From NCBI GenBank assembly GCA_963701965.1, contig OY969695.1, positions 4,736,001-4,800,000 of the forward strand: DNA of 64,000 nucleotides, given 5' to 3'. Within the stretch, counting starts at the first letter, position 1. Each line of letters opens with the position of its first letter. A model generated the notes under the pieces. That model worked only from the letters and a program-made list of their open reading frames with translations, searched no databases and was not told where the DNA came from. Positions 43,357 through 54,116 of this stretch are shown here, in pieces. This stretch comes from an uncultured Gemmatimonadales bacterium (GTDB lineage: Bacteria; Gemmatimonadota; Gemmatimonadetes; Gemmatimonadales; Gemmatimonadaceae). Made by a program: the position numbers and the translations under genes.

Positions 43357-44635
43357 CTAGATCGCCATCGTCTTCGCGGCGGCCGAGACGTTGCGCAGCA
43401 TGCGGGTCTTGGCTTCCTGGGTTACCGTCTCCTGCAGCTGTGTGCGGGCCCAGGCGATCGCTTCGCGGTAGATCGGCGGCAAGGCCACGGGCGCGATGCC
43501 CACCTCGTGGCTGAGGCGCGTCACGTCGCGCCAGGCGCCCGCTTCGTAGGCCTCGACCAGCGCCAGGGTGGCGCCATAGAAGTCTTCGCGCCCGATCAAT
43601 GCTTTGGCGATATCGGGCGCCAGCTCCAGTTGTTCGACGAGGCGCGGGAGGGGGATCAGCAGCAGGGCGTCCAGCATGGAGAAGAGACCGACCATGAACA
43701 GCGGTCCGCCGGCCTTGGGAATGCCGTAGACCTCGGCGACCCGCTCGCAAAACCGGGCCCGGGTCAGCGCCAGAATGCGCGATCTCGATCTCCACGCCGC
43801 GCTCGGCGACCGAGCTGACCAGCAAGAGCGAGAGCCACCGGTGCAACGTCTCGCGTCCCACGAGACGGATCGCATGGCCAATGGTCGTGATGCCCCGCGC
43901 GCCCATGGCCGCCGAGTTGACCAGGCGGAGCAGCTTATAGGAGAGCGTCACATCCGTCCGAAACCCACGCTCAATGTCGGCATCGGTCGACCGCGCATCG
44001 CGGATGGTCTTGAGGAGGCGAAAGGCCTGCGCGTGGTCGATGCCCACGTCGTGCCGCGCCAGCACCTCCGGTCGCGTGAACCGATAGCCTACGAAGAGAT
44101 CCACCCCCGCCGCCGCGCACGCGTCGCGCACGGTGCGATTGCCAACCCGCTCGGCCACGAGCCGCATCCCCTGGCGGCGATACGACTGGGCGTGGCGCGC
44201 CAGGTCCGCGGCGTCGAGCGCGACGGCGTCGAGTTTGACCATCCGCGCCAGGCGCAATAACTCGGGCGAGCGCCGGGCGTCCGCGTCCGTGATGGCGAAC
44301 CGGTAGCCGTGCCCGGAGAGGGATTGCGCGGCCGCGAACAACTCGGCGTCGGGCCGCGTCCCGGGCGCGAATTGCAGCACGACCCGGCGCGGATGCACCA
44401 CGCGCACGGCGTCGCGCAGGAGCAGCGATCGCGACACCGGAATGAAGGCGGGCAGACCCTCGGCCACTTGATCGAGGCCATAGCCAAGGCAGGCATCGAC
44501 GATCAAACGCTCCACGGCCAACGACGCGCTCAGATCATCGTGCGCGTCGCCGGCCGCGTCGCCGTAGCACAGGTCGAAGGCCAACAGTCGCTCGTCGCGG
44601 TCGAAGATCGGCTGCCGCGCGAGGAATATCTCCAT
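43357..44635 (-). CDS. EAL-like/HDOD domain protein (frameshift near 43775)
   Basis: FLARQPIFD, LVAERV, LSYKLLRLVNSA, FMVGLFSMLDAL. Confidence 0.85.
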
Positions 44636-44732
44636 ATCGCCAGTATCGGCCGATATGGCGGGAACATTAGTTGTGTATAACGCGGGCCAAGAGCTCCGTG
44701 GAGCGGAGCTCAGTTCAACCGACCCGTTTTAG

Positions 44733-46163
44733 CTAAAACAGGTTCCACAAGAACTGGTTATAGACCTCGTGATGGTACTGGACCTCCGGTCCCTTCACGA
44801 ACGTCCCGAGCTGTCGGGGGCACCGGTCCGCCGACGCCTGCTTCAGATCGCCGTAGCGGGCTTTGACGTCCTCGCCGAGCAGCGTCGTCGTCCACTTGGC
44901 GTCGCGAAAGTGCTCCAGCGCGCTGTAGATGTTGTCGGGCAGATACCGCTCCGCCTGGCGGAGATTCTTGATCTTCGCCGTCTCGCCGTCCAACCCGGTC
45001 TTGAAGATCGAGTACATGACCAGGTACGGGTTGGCGTCCGGGGCCACCGAGCGCACCTCGACGCGCGCGCTCTTCTCGTTCCCGATCGGGATGCGGATCA
45101 TGGAGCCGCGATCCACCGGAGACGCCTTGATCTGATTCGGCGCCTCGAAGTGTGGATCGAGACGGCGGTAGGCGTTCACGCTGGCGTTGAGCAGCAGGCA
45201 GATGTCATTGCCGTGCGTGAGGATCCGGTCGATGAACGACCATCCCGTCGCGCTCAGGTTCTCTTCACCCTTCGGATCCCAAAAGATGTTCTTGCCCTTC
45301 TTGCTGATCGAGACGTTGGTGTGCATCCCGTTGCCGTTCACGCCTACGACCGGCTTGGGCAGGAACGACGCGCTCAGACCCATGCGCGTCGCCACCTGGC
45401 GGCAGATCAGCTTGTAGAGTTGAATCTGGTCGGCCGCGGCCACCACCTCGCCATACCCGTAGTTGATCTCGAACTGCGACGGCGCCACTTCCGGGTGGTC
45501 CTTTTCATTCTGGAACCCCATCGCCCGCTGCACTTCGGCCGTCGTGTCGATGAACGTGCGGAGCTGATCGCCCGGCAGGGAGTGGTAGTACCCTCCCGTG
45601 CTCACATAGTCGAAGCGATGCGTCTCGTGAAAACGCTGCTCGGCGTCGACGCTCTGGAACAGGAAGCCCTCGATCTCGTTGGCCGCGTTCAGCGTGTAAC
45701 CCTGCTTGGTGAACAGCGTCTCGGCGTACCCTTTGAGCACGCCGCGGATGTCCGCCGTATAGGGCGAGCCGTCCTTGTCGATGACCTGACCGAACACCAG
45801 CACCTTTCCGGAACCAAAGAAGTCGGCCGGCGCCCAATAGAACGCGCTCCAGTCCATCGCCAGGCGGAGATCACTCTCGCGCTGCGCCGTGAAGCCCCGG
45901 ATCGATGACCCGTCGAAGGTGAGATTGTCCCAAGCCTTCACCAGGAACTTCTTGTCGTAATCGAGCATGTGCAGGCGGCCTTCGAGGTCGCTGAACAAGA
46001 CCGTCACGGCCTTGATGCGCTTCTCGTCGGTCAGATACTTGAGGCGCTCTTCCTGGATCTTGTCCGGCGCCACGCGATTCTTGCGCTGCTCTTTCGCTTG
46101 AAGGTTCAGCTGTTCAAGCTCATCGTACGAGAGGGCCAAGAAGTTGCGCAGGTCGGTTCCCAT
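44733..46163 (-). CDS. glnA: Glutamine synthetase family protein
   Basis: FDGSSIRG, HPEVAPSQFEIN, PKPVVGVNGNGMHTN, EVRSVAPDANPY. Confidence 0.9.
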   Translation of the reverse strand: MGTDLRNFLALSYDELEQLNLQAKEQRKNRVAPDKIQEERLKYLTDEKRIKAVTVLFSDLEGRLHMLDYDKKFLVKAWDNLTFDGSSIRGFTAQRESDLRLAMDWSAFYWAPADFFGSGKVLVFGQVIDKDGSPYTADIRGVLKGYAETLFTKQGYTLNAANEIEGFLFQSVDAEQRFHETHRFDYVSTGGYYHSLPGDQLRTFIDTTAEVQRAMGFQNEKDHPEVAPSQFEINYGYGEVVAAADQIQLYKLICRQVATRMGLSASFLPKPVVGVNGNGMHTNVSISKKGKNIFWDPKGEENLSATGWSFIDRILTHGNDICLLLNASVNAYRRLDPHFEAPNQIKASPVDRGSMIRIPIGNEKSARVEVRSVAPDANPYLVMYSIFKTGLDGETAKIKNLRQAERYLPDNIYSALEHFRDAKWTTTLLGEDVKARYGDLKQASADRCPRQLGTFVKGPEVQYHHEVYNQFLWNLF

Positions 46164-46237
46164 GTCGTTCCTCGGGTAAGGGGCACTGGGGGAAACGCGT
46201 AATATAGATGGCGCTGATCTTGCACCCCAGCGGCGGC

Positions 46238-46450
46238 ATGGCCGCCAAAAAAAAGCGCAGTGCCCGGAAGTACGGACCGGCCGCCAGCAAGAGCGTCGAG
46301 AGCGCCATGCGTCGGGAGAAACGCGGCACGCTCAAGTCGGGGCGCGGAGGAAAGGGTGGGACCGTCACGAATCCCAAGCAGGCGATCGCGATCGGCTTGT
46401 CGGAGGCGCGCAAGAAGGGCGCGAAGGTCCCGCCGCGCAAGAAGTCCTAG
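46238..46450 (+). CDS. DUF6496-like small basic protein
   Basis: KRGTLKSG..NPKQAIAIGLSEARKKG. Confidence 0.85.
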   Translation: MAAKKKRSARKYGPAASKSVESAMRREKRGTLKSGRGGKGGTVTNPKQAIAIGLSEARKKGAKVPPRKKS

Positions 46451-46465
46451 CGGCGGGTCAGCGGG

Positions 46466-46708
46466 TCAGCGCCGCCAACTCAGCTCGCTGAGATCGTGGA
46501 CCGACCGGCGGTACCAGTCGGGAGGATATTCCCAGACGCGCCGGATGGCGTTCGGCGAGGAAAAGATGAGGCACTGGGGACCACGCGCTCCCGGGACGCG
46601 TGCCGCATCGACCTCGCACACGCGCCATGTGGTTCCATCGTCATCAACGTACTCGCGCACACCGCGCCGCTCGGAAGAGGACGGGATGGCGACCTCGCGG
46701 TCCCGCAT
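46466..46708 (-). CDS. Small hypothetical protein
   Basis: DDDGTTWRVCE, CLIFSS, RRVWEYPPDW. Confidence 0.6.
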   Translation of the reverse strand: MRDREVAIPSSSERRGVREYVDDDGTTWRVCEVDAARVPGARGPQCLIFSSPNAIRRVWEYPPDWYRRSVHDLSELSWRR

Positions 46709-46756
46709 GGCCGTCGTCCAGCAGCAAGCTCTGCGCCGTTCTGACAGACCGAGCTC

Positions 46757-47503
46757 ATGAGTGAAAATCATTTCGCGTCACGGGCACGGGAGTACGCCGC
46801 TTTTCGCCCGACTTACCCGGACGCGCTGTACGCCTTTATCGCGGGACTCGCGGAGCGCCGGGCGCTGGCGTGGGACTGCGGGACGGGCAACGGACAGGCG
46901 GCCGTGGCGCTGGCGCGCGACTTCTCGCACGTCGTGGCGACCGACACCAGCGCCGCCCAGCTCGAGCTGGCGCCTCCGCATCCCCGTATCGAGTACCGCG
47001 TCGCGGCCGCGGAGGCGAGCGGTCTGCCGCCGGCATCCGCCGACGTCATTACCGTCGCTCAGGCCCTGCACTGGTTCGACATCGATCGCTTCTACGCGGA
47101 AGCGCGGCGCGTCTTGGCGCCCGGCGGCACGTTGGTGGTGTGGACGTACGGCGAGCCGGGGCTCGATGATGCCGCGCTCAATGACGCGCTGCGGGTGTTC
47201 AACGACGTGACGGTTGGTCCGTACTGGCCCGCGGAGCGGGAGCTGGTACGAACCGGCTATCGCACCGTTTCGTTCCCGTTCGTGCGCCTGCCGGCGCCGG
47301 CGTTCACGTTCGAGCGCACGTGGACGCTCGGCGACTTCACCGGCTATCTCCGAAGTTGGTCGGCCACCGCGCGCTACGTCACGGCCCAGGGTGTGGATCC
47401 GGTCGTAGCGTTCGCATCCACCATCGCCGAACGGTGGGGCGATCCGGCGGCCTCGCGGACCATTCGGTGGCCATTCAGCGTCTTGGCCGGCCGCGTTGGG
47501 TAA
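46757..47503 (+). CDS. Class I SAM-dependent methyltransferase
   Basis: YAAFRPTYP, WDCGTGNGQAA, AQALHWF. Confidence 0.92.
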   Translation: MSENHFASRAREYAAFRPTYPDALYAFIAGLAERRALAWDCGTGNGQAAVALARDFSHVVATDTSAAQLELAPPHPRIEYRVAAAEASGLPPASADVITVAQALHWFDIDRFYAEARRVLAPGGTLVVWTYGEPGLDDAALNDALRVFNDVTVGPYWPAERELVRTGYRTVSFPFVRLPAPAFTFERTWTLGDFTGYLRSWSATARYVTAQGVDPVVAFASTIAERWGDPAASRTIRWPFSVLAGRVG

Positions 47504-47622
47504 CGTAACGATCACCGATTGTAAAATGCCCGCGATTCGTATTGTGCCACACTCCTCGTCCGCGTTGGTTTGGGGCCGCAATACCGTTTCCCTCACCAGC
47601 GATAGCTCCAGAGGAGCCCACA

Positions 47623-49089
47623 ATGGATCGATCCACCGCGCGCGTTCGCCGTCGCGTGTGTCAGTCACTTCCCTCGATGCTGTTGATTGCGTCGTTTGTC
47701 GCGCCGCTCGCGGCCCGCGCGCAAGAGCTCACCGAGGACACCACGTTCAAGATCAGATACAAGGGCGTGACCATCACGCCGGTGGGTTTCGCCGCGGGTG
47801 AAGCCGTGTTTCGCTCCCGCAACGAGACCGCGGACATGGGTTCGTCCTTCAACTCGATTCCGTTCACGCACTCGACCAACGCCAACCTGACGGAATTCCG
47901 CGGCAGCGGACGTCAGTCGCGCTTTGGCACCGCCGTCGACGGCAAGATCGGCGACGTGAAAACCGGCGGGTACTTCGAGACCGACTTTCTGTCGGCCGGT
48001 GCTTCATCCAATTCCAACGAGAGCAACAGCTATACGCTTCGTATTCGTCAGTTCTTTGGGAAGGTGCAGGCGGGCGGAACCGAGTTCGACGCCGGTGAGA
48101 TGTGGTCTCTCCTCACGACAGACAAGGCGGGTGTGAGTCCGCGGTCGGAAGCGGTGCCGCTGACGATCGACGCACAGTATAACGTGGGATTCGACTGGGC
48201 CCGGCAGTGGGGCTTCCGTCTCTCCCAAAGGCTCGCCCCCGGCGCGTACTTCGCGATCGCGGCGGAAGAGCCGCAGATGTCGTTCGGCGGTCATGGCACG
48301 CCCGCGAACGTCTTCATCGGTAACACTGGTGGCAGCCAGCTGAATGCCACCACGAACTACTCGACGGATGTGGCCCCGGACGTCATCGCCAAGTTGGCGT
48401 TCGAGCCGGGCTTCGGACACTGGGAGCTCAAGGCCCTGGGCCGTGTGTTCCGCGATCGCATCGTCGACACGGCCTGTACGTTTTCGACGCGCTGCAGCTA
48501 CAACGCCACGCGCCTCGCGGGTGGCGTCGGCGTCGGCTTCTGGCTGCCGTTCATGTATGAGAAGCGCGACGTCCTCGACATCGGTATCTCGGGCCTGTGG
48601 GGGAACGGGATTGGCCGGTACGGGACCAGCATGCTGATCGACGCGACCGCCCGTCCTGACGGCACGATCGTGCCGGTGCGGGCGGCGCACGCGCTGCTCT
48701 CGATCGAGGCGCATCCGACGAGGAAGCTGGACATCTTCGCCTACGGCGGCACCGAGTACGCGTACCGCGAGCAGTTCACGAACGCGGCGGGTGGCTTGGT
48801 CGGCTACGGCTTGCCGAACGCCGTCAACTCGGGTTGCGACAAGGAATTCCCGAACACGGGCAATTTCGCGCCTGGCGCGCCCGGTGCGCTCTGCGTCGGC
48901 GACACGCGCGACCTGTACGAGGTCTCGCTCGGGTTGTGGTACAGCTTCTTCCGTGGCCCGATGGGGCGGTTCGCCTGGGGCCTCGAGTACCACTACGTGA
49001 GCAAGAACACGTGGTCGGGTGCCAACAGTATCCAGCCGCAGGCGATCGAGAACATGGCCTACACATCGTTCCGCTATTACCTGCCGTAA
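47623..49089 (+). CDS. Outer-membrane porin-like protein (DcaP-like)
   Basis: Signal peptide; RQSRFG, YFETDF, LRIRQ; terminal FRYYLP. Confidence 0.7.
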   Translation: MDRSTARVRRRVCQSLPSMLLIASFVAPLAARAQELTEDTTFKIRYKGVTITPVGFAAGEAVFRSRNETADMGSSFNSIPFTHSTNANLTEFRGSGRQSRFGTAVDGKIGDVKTGGYFETDFLSAGASSNSNESNSYTLRIRQFFGKVQAGGTEFDAGEMWSLLTTDKAGVSPRSEAVPLTIDAQYNVGFDWARQWGFRLSQRLAPGAYFAIAAEEPQMSFGGHGTPANVFIGNTGGSQLNATTNYSTDVAPDVIAKLAFEPGFGHWELKALGRVFRDRIVDTACTFSTRCSYNATRLAGGVGVGFWLPFMYEKRDVLDIGISGLWGNGIGRYGTSMLIDATARPDGTIVPVRAAHALLSIEAHPTRKLDIFAYGGTEYAYREQFTNAAGGLVGYGLPNAVNSGCDKEFPNTGNFAPGAPGALCVGDTRDLYEVSLGLWYSFFRGPMGRFAWGLEYHYVSKNTWSGANSIQPQAIENMAYTSFRYYLP

Positions 49090-49396
49090 ACCGCTTGTGT
49101 AGCAGTTACAGAACTGTTACTATGGGACATGCTCCCGCGGGCTAGAACCTTTGTGTGCGACGGCGTCCGATGGCTGGCCTGGCCATCGGTCGCCCCGCCC
49201 GCGGGATCGCGGCGGGGATGCGAGGAGCCGCTGGTCGCCCTCGGGCCGCCCCGCATTCTTCTTCCGTTCGGAGTGCGGTGATTTCTATAGCTGGTGCTAC
49301 GAGGCGGCCTCATGGGGCACAGTGGCGCAGCTGAGCGAGGACGAGCTGTGCGCTGAGCTCCGCCTCGCCACGGCGACCAGCTGACGGCGACGCTCC

Positions 49397-50062
49397 CTAG
49401 GCGGACCGTATCTGGTCGGCGGACGCCGACGGTGCCGCCTTCCAGCTGACAAAAATCCCTGAGCCATCGTCGACCATGATGCGGTCGCCGCGGTGCATGA
49501 CGCGGTAGTGGCTGGGCAAGAGGCCCTCGCGATGGACCCTCTCGACGAAGTCGCGATTGAGGCCGTGCGCGGTGGCGATGGCATCGGGGCGTGCGCCCGA
49601 CCGGAGCTCCATCCAGACGGCGACGCGTGCCTCCCATGGTTCGGGCGGCAGATCGGCCACCGGCGGACGAGCGTCGGTCGCCTCTACCTCGATCGTCTCG
49701 ATCGGGGCGATGTCGGACCGCCGGCGGTATCGGGCGTCCGACGGGCTGCCGAGCGGCGTCCGGATCGCGGCCGGCACGCCAGGCGGCAGGACCCCACGCT
49801 GGATCGCGTCCACGAGCGCCCGCACCTCGGGGTGCCGGCGCAAATCGATCAACATGGTCGCTGACGGCGCCGACAGTCGCGGGCGCTGTCCCCTGGGCCG
49901 CACGATGGACGGCGCCAGGCAGTGCGTGCAGACCACGATGTCGCCCCCACGCGGTTTCCGGGTACCACTGGCGGGCGCGATTGGCATGGTTCCCCGACAG
50001 AATGGGCAGTGCAGTGCGGGAGCCGGCGACGCGAGCGGTGGGGTGCCGAGTTCGGTGGACAT
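49397..50062 (-). CDS. Hypothetical protein with CxxC..CxxC zinc ribbon
   Basis: CPFC and CTHC; start chosen to avoid tRNA overlap. Confidence 0.5.
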   Translation of the reverse strand: MSTELGTPPLASPAPALHCPFCRGTMPIAPASGTRKPRGGDIVVCTHCLAPSIVRPRGQRPRLSAPSATMLIDLRRHPEVRALVDAIQRGVLPPGVPAAIRTPLGSPSDARYRRRSDIAPIETIEVEATDARPPVADLPPEPWEARVAVWMELRSGARPDAIATAHGLNRDFVERVHREGLLPSHYRVMHRGDRIMVDDGSGIFVSWKAAPSASADQIRSA

Positions 50063-50252
50063 ACGAGACGGAGGCGGGATGCCGCTACGGGCGCGTGCGA
50101 GCGGGAGCGGCAACGTCTCGTTCCCCGACAGGGCGTACGCGTGACCCGCTACACCTAACGTCAAAAGGCTCGCGCGTAAAGAGGGATTATTCGGCGAGCC
50201 CCCGCAGAGATCCCGATAGTCAGCCCACGGTATTATCATGTCGCAGCCGTTG

Positions 50253-50336
50253 GCCGGGATGGCGAAATCGGTAGACGCGAGGGACTTAAAATCCCTTGGG
50301 GGTAACCCCATGCGGGTTCGAAACCCGCTCCCGGCA
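50253..50336 (+). tRNA. trnL: tRNA-Leu(UAA)
   Basis: GCCGGGA/TCCCGGC acceptor stem, loop CTTAAAA, long variable arm, GGTTCGAA T-loop; no encoded CCA. Confidence 0.97.
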
Positions 50337-50337
50337 T
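50283..50337 (+). repeat. att core, left copy (55 bp)
   Basis: Identical to 61853-61907. Confidence 0.95.
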
Positions 50338-50363
50338 AGACTTACAAAAATAGTGGTCGCAGG

Positions 50364-50383
50364 CTGGAGCACTATTGGAGCAG
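50364..50383 (+). promoter_or_regulatory. Putative integrase arm-type site (tandem TGGAGCA)
   Basis: 19/20 match to 61752-61771. Confidence 0.7.
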
Positions 50384-50392
50384 ATTGGCGTA

Positions 50393-51565
50393 CTACTTGC
50401 CCGGCTTGGCCCGTTTCTTCGGCTGGGCCTGGGTCGTGCCGCCAGCCGCTCGGGTGACCTCGGCAACCTCCGGCTGATACCGGCCGTAGCGTGTCGCCAC
50501 CAGCATAGTGGACCCATGGCCGAGCTGGTGCGCGATCACGACGTCTGAGACGCCGCGGCGTCGGAGCGTGACCGCGTAGTGGTGCCTGTGGTCGTGCAGC
50601 GTCGACCGGGGCAGGCCGAGCGCCTGGCACGCTGCGTGGTGCGCGTCGAGCGCGAGGTTGTGGTCCAGTTCGGGAAAGAGCAGGGCATTGGGCAGCAGCC
50701 CGGTCACGTGTCCCTCGATGAAGGGTCTCGTCCATCCCTCGGTCACAGCTACCGTCCGGTTGCGCCACGCCGTCTTGCTCCCCGAGGCTTGGACCGTCCA
50801 GGCGTCGAGATCGACGTCGCGCCGACGAAGCCGCTTCGCGACCTGCATCTCGACGCCAGTGCCAGCTAGCAACGCCGCCAGTGCCCGATACTCTAGCGGC
50901 ATAGCCTCCACCAGGCGGCGCACGTCGGAGGGCGCGTACACGGCCGCACGGGCCGCATTCTCGCGTTGCGCCCGGACGTCGCGGACCACGTTGGTCTCAA
51001 GGACCTCCCGCTCGACTAACCAACGGCCGAACTGAGACAACGCCGCCCTGTGTCGGTTGCGCGTGGAAGACGACACTGGCGGCTTCTCGTCGGCCGACGA
51101 CTGAAGGTCAACCAGCCCGGCCAAATGCTCGCTGATGACCTTCCGCCGGAAGCGAGACTTCGGGAAGGGTGCCCCGGCAGGAATCAGCCGACGCACCTGG
51201 GCCAGGTACTTCGCCGCGGTCTCTGGGTGCCGCTGGCGAATCGCGGCGTGCCACGTTTCGACGAGGGGCTCGATGTCCATGTCGTCGAGCTCCACTTTGA
51301 CATCGGACAGCTCCACGTCCGACCGATATTCCGCATACACCTGCAGAAGGGTCTTTCGGCCATCGGCGATCGCGTCGAGCACGTCGAACTCGCCCCTATC
51401 ACGGAGCGACTCGACCATCCGCTCAAGCGCACGGACGGTGCGCTTATCGCTGCTCCCAGTCGAAACGGCGACCAGCCTCCGGTCGGACCGGGGCACCCGC
51501 AGCCGGTACTTGGACCCGTGTAGCCATGCAGCCGCCACCGCCATGCTCCCGTGAGATGTGCTCAC
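50393..51565 (-). CDS. Tyrosine recombinase/integrase
   Basis: STRNRHRAALSQF, GSKT, LHDHRHHYA, QLGHGS, catalytic Tyr in TRYG. Confidence 0.92.
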   Translation of the reverse strand: MSTSHGSMAVAAAWLHGSKYRLRVPRSDRRLVAVSTGSSDKRTVRALERMVESLRDRGEFDVLDAIADGRKTLLQVYAEYRSDVELSDVKVELDDMDIEPLVETWHAAIRQRHPETAAKYLAQVRRLIPAGAPFPKSRFRRKVISEHLAGLVDLQSSADEKPPVSSSTRNRHRAALSQFGRWLVEREVLETNVVRDVRAQRENAARAAVYAPSDVRRLVEAMPLEYRALAALLAGTGVEMQVAKRLRRRDVDLDAWTVQASGSKTAWRNRTVAVTEGWTRPFIEGHVTGLLPNALLFPELDHNLALDAHHAACQALGLPRSTLHDHRHHYAVTLRRRGVSDVVIAHQLGHGSTMLVATRYGRYQPEVAEVTRAAGGTTQAQPKKRAKPGK

Positions 51566-51602
51566 AGTATGGAGCAGAAAATCCCTTGGCGCCAGAGTCC
51601 GG

Positions 51603-51821
51603 TCATGCTGACTTGCGCGCGTACGGGAGGATCACACGTCCCGCTGCGAATGCTTCGAGGTCGGCCGGTCGGTAGCGCCATTGTGGGCGCGTCGCTCCAG
51701 CTGGCGCGATGTCGAGGCGTGGGATATCCGCACGGTCGGCGATCTGCCTCAGGCTGATACCAAGCCAGAGGGCAGCCTCCTTGGCTGTAAAGAGTGCGCC
51801 AGCCGGCCGCACAGGACTCAC
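51603..51821 (-). CDS. Excisionase-like HTH protein
   Basis: LFTAKEAALWLGIS..WRYRPADLEAF; GTGA overlap with sigma gene. Confidence 0.85.
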   Translation of the reverse strand: MSPVRPAGALFTAKEAALWLGISLRQIADRADIPRLDIAPAGATRPQWRYRPADLEAFAAGRVILPYARKSA

Positions 51822-52720
51822 GCCGCGAGCGCCTCAACCAAGCGGCCGGCGTGTCCGGACGCACGCAGTTTCCCTAGGGCCTTTTCTTTGAGCTGCCGCA
51901 CGCGCTCGCGGCTCACCCCCATACGGTCGCCGATTTGCTCCAGCGTCTCGGGCTCTTCGCCGCCAAGGCCGAAAAAGGCATGAAGAACGGCTCGCTCGTG
52001 GTCCGTCACGACGGAGAGAGCGGCGTCTACCGCGCGAACAACATCGGCCTCCGTCAAACTCGCATCTGGAGCGGGGGTCGTTTCATCCGGGATAAATCGC
52101 GCGAATGGAGTTGGCTCGTGCTCGCTCACGGGGGCATCAAGGCTGACCTCTTTCGCCGCGTCGATTGCGAGCAACGCCTTCACGATGTCGATCGACAGGC
52201 CGACCTCTCCGGCTATTTCCTCGGGAGCAGGACTGCGACCCTGACACGCACGGAATGCATCTGCTGCCTTGCCAATCCGCGCCAGATCCGCAGCGCGTCC
52301 GAGCGGCAGCCGGACGGAGCGCCCCGTCGTGGAAATCGACAATAGAATGGCCTGCCGAATCCACCACACTGCATAGCTGATGAAGTTGACCCCGACATCC
52401 GGGTCGTACTTGTCAACCGCGCGGCAGAGCCCCGCGTTGGCTTCGGAGATGAGGTCGTCGAGCGCGAGACCACGGTCGCGATACTTCCAGGCAATCGAAG
52501 ACGCGAACCGCAAGTTCGTCTTAATCAATTCTGCTCTTGCGTACGCACGCTCGTCGGGGGACCGAGTCCTGTCCCGCATCGTCCGGGCAAGTTCTTTCTG
52601 ACGCTCGGCTGGTAGGATCGGCAGGCGCCGGAGTTCGTAGAAGTAGCGTTCGCGAGCAGATTGTGGTGCTGGCTCCCCGCCAATTGGAGCAAGGGCGGCA
52701 CGACCGCGGCGAGTCTTCAT
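51818..52720 (-). CDS. RpoD/RpoS-type sigma-70 factor
   Basis: NLRF, DLISEANAGL, FISYAVWWIRQAI, VRLP, TLEQIG..VSRERVRQ. Confidence 0.92.
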   Translation of the reverse strand: MKTRRGRAALAPIGGEPAPQSARERYFYELRRLPILPAERQKELARTMRDRTRSPDERAYARAELIKTNLRFASSIAWKYRDRGLALDDLISEANAGLCRAVDKYDPDVGVNFISYAVWWIRQAILLSISTTGRSVRLPLGRAADLARIGKAADAFRACQGRSPAPEEIAGEVGLSIDIVKALLAIDAAKEVSLDAPVSEHEPTPFARFIPDETTPAPDASLTEADVVRAVDAALSVVTDHERAVLHAFFGLGGEEPETLEQIGDRMGVSRERVRQLKEKALGKLRASGHAGRLVEALAA

Positions 52721-54116
52721 GCGGCCGCCTCGGGGGCGCTAACTGGGCGACGTCCCGGCCAGCGAGTGGCGTTCTCGAATCGGGTGTACTGTTTGTTGAA
52801 GAACAGATTGACGGTGCCGATGGGCCCGTTCCGCTGTTTGCCGATGATGATCTCGGCCACGCCTTCGAGCGAGTTGTTGTCCTCGTCCTTCGTCTCGCCG
52901 TAGACCTCGGGGCGATGGATGAACAGCACCAGATCGGCATCCTGCTCGATCGCACCGGAGTCACGGAGGTCGGACAACTGCGGTCGTTTGTCAGTCCGGT
53001 GCTTTCCTTCTCGCGAGAGTTGAGACAGGGCGAGTACCGGTACGTTCAGCTCCTTAGCGAGTGCCTTGAGCGACCGAGAGATCGTGGCTACTGCGCGCTC
53101 ACGGGTGTCTTGCCGCCCAGCCGTTCCCTCCGCAATGAGCTGCAGATAGTCGACAGCTACCAAGCCAACCCCACCATCCCGGACCAGCTTGCGGGCCTCG
53201 GCGCGCATCTGGACCATAGTCACGTCCGCGTCGTCGTAGATCTCGATGTCCGCCTTCAACAGGGCACTGCCGGCGCGCGACAACCTGGCCAATTCAGCCA
53301 AATCCTTGGTGCCGCGTCGAATTGACTTATGGAGGTCTAGCCGCCCTTCCATCGCAAGCAACCGATCTGTCAGGGAGTCTTTGCTCATTTCCAGCGAGAA
53401 TACGGCGACGCGCGCACCGGAGGCCGCAGCGTGCTGACAACACTGCAGCATTAGCGCAGACTTGCCCATCCCCGGCCGGGCCGCGAGGATGGCGACATCT
53501 CCCGCGTTGAAATCCTGACGTAAACTCGTCTAGATCGTAAAATCCGCTCGGTACACCCGTTATCGGGTTCCCTGATAATCCGCGGCGCTCGATGCGCTCA
53601 ATCGCCGGGTAAATAAGGTCCCGAAGGGACGCGCGACGGAGGCCGCCCGTTGTGCTGGCCACCGCGATAACTCGTCGCTCGGCCTCGTTTGTCAGGTCCT
53701 CGGCTGATGACTGGGCATTCGAACGCAGACGCCACGATCGCGGTCCCCGCTTCGATGAGCTGGCGCAACCGTGCCTTTTCTCGCACGATGCCAGCGTGGT
53801 GCCCGACGTTCGCGGCAGTGGGCACGGCGTCGACGAGGCGCGAGATGTAGTCCTTGCCGCCCGCTCCATCGAGCTCGCCGCGGCGCTCCAGTTCATCCGA
53901 GAGCGTGAGCGGGTCGATCACGGCGCCGCGCTCGGCGATGGCGATCATGGCGCGGAACAGCCGCCGGTGCGCCGGCCGGTGGAACATCGCGTCGGTCAGG
54001 ACCTCGGACGCGCGCATCACGGCGTCCGTGTCGATCATCATCGCCGCCAGCACCGCCTGCTCCGCATCCTCGGAGTATGGGGGTTGCCGGTCTGCAAACG
54101 GGTCACGTTGAGTCAT
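52717..54116 (-). CDS. dnaB: Replicative DNA helicase DnaB (apparent 1-bp insertions near 53502 and 53718)
   Basis: PPYSEDAEQAVL, VPTAAN, ARPGMGKS, VDYLQL, LSQLSR, LRDSGAIEQDAD, KQRNGPIG. Confidence 0.92.

Noticed and set aside
50063..50311. N-terminal extension of ORF 49397-50311
   Set aside because: Runs antisense through the tRNA and its promoter
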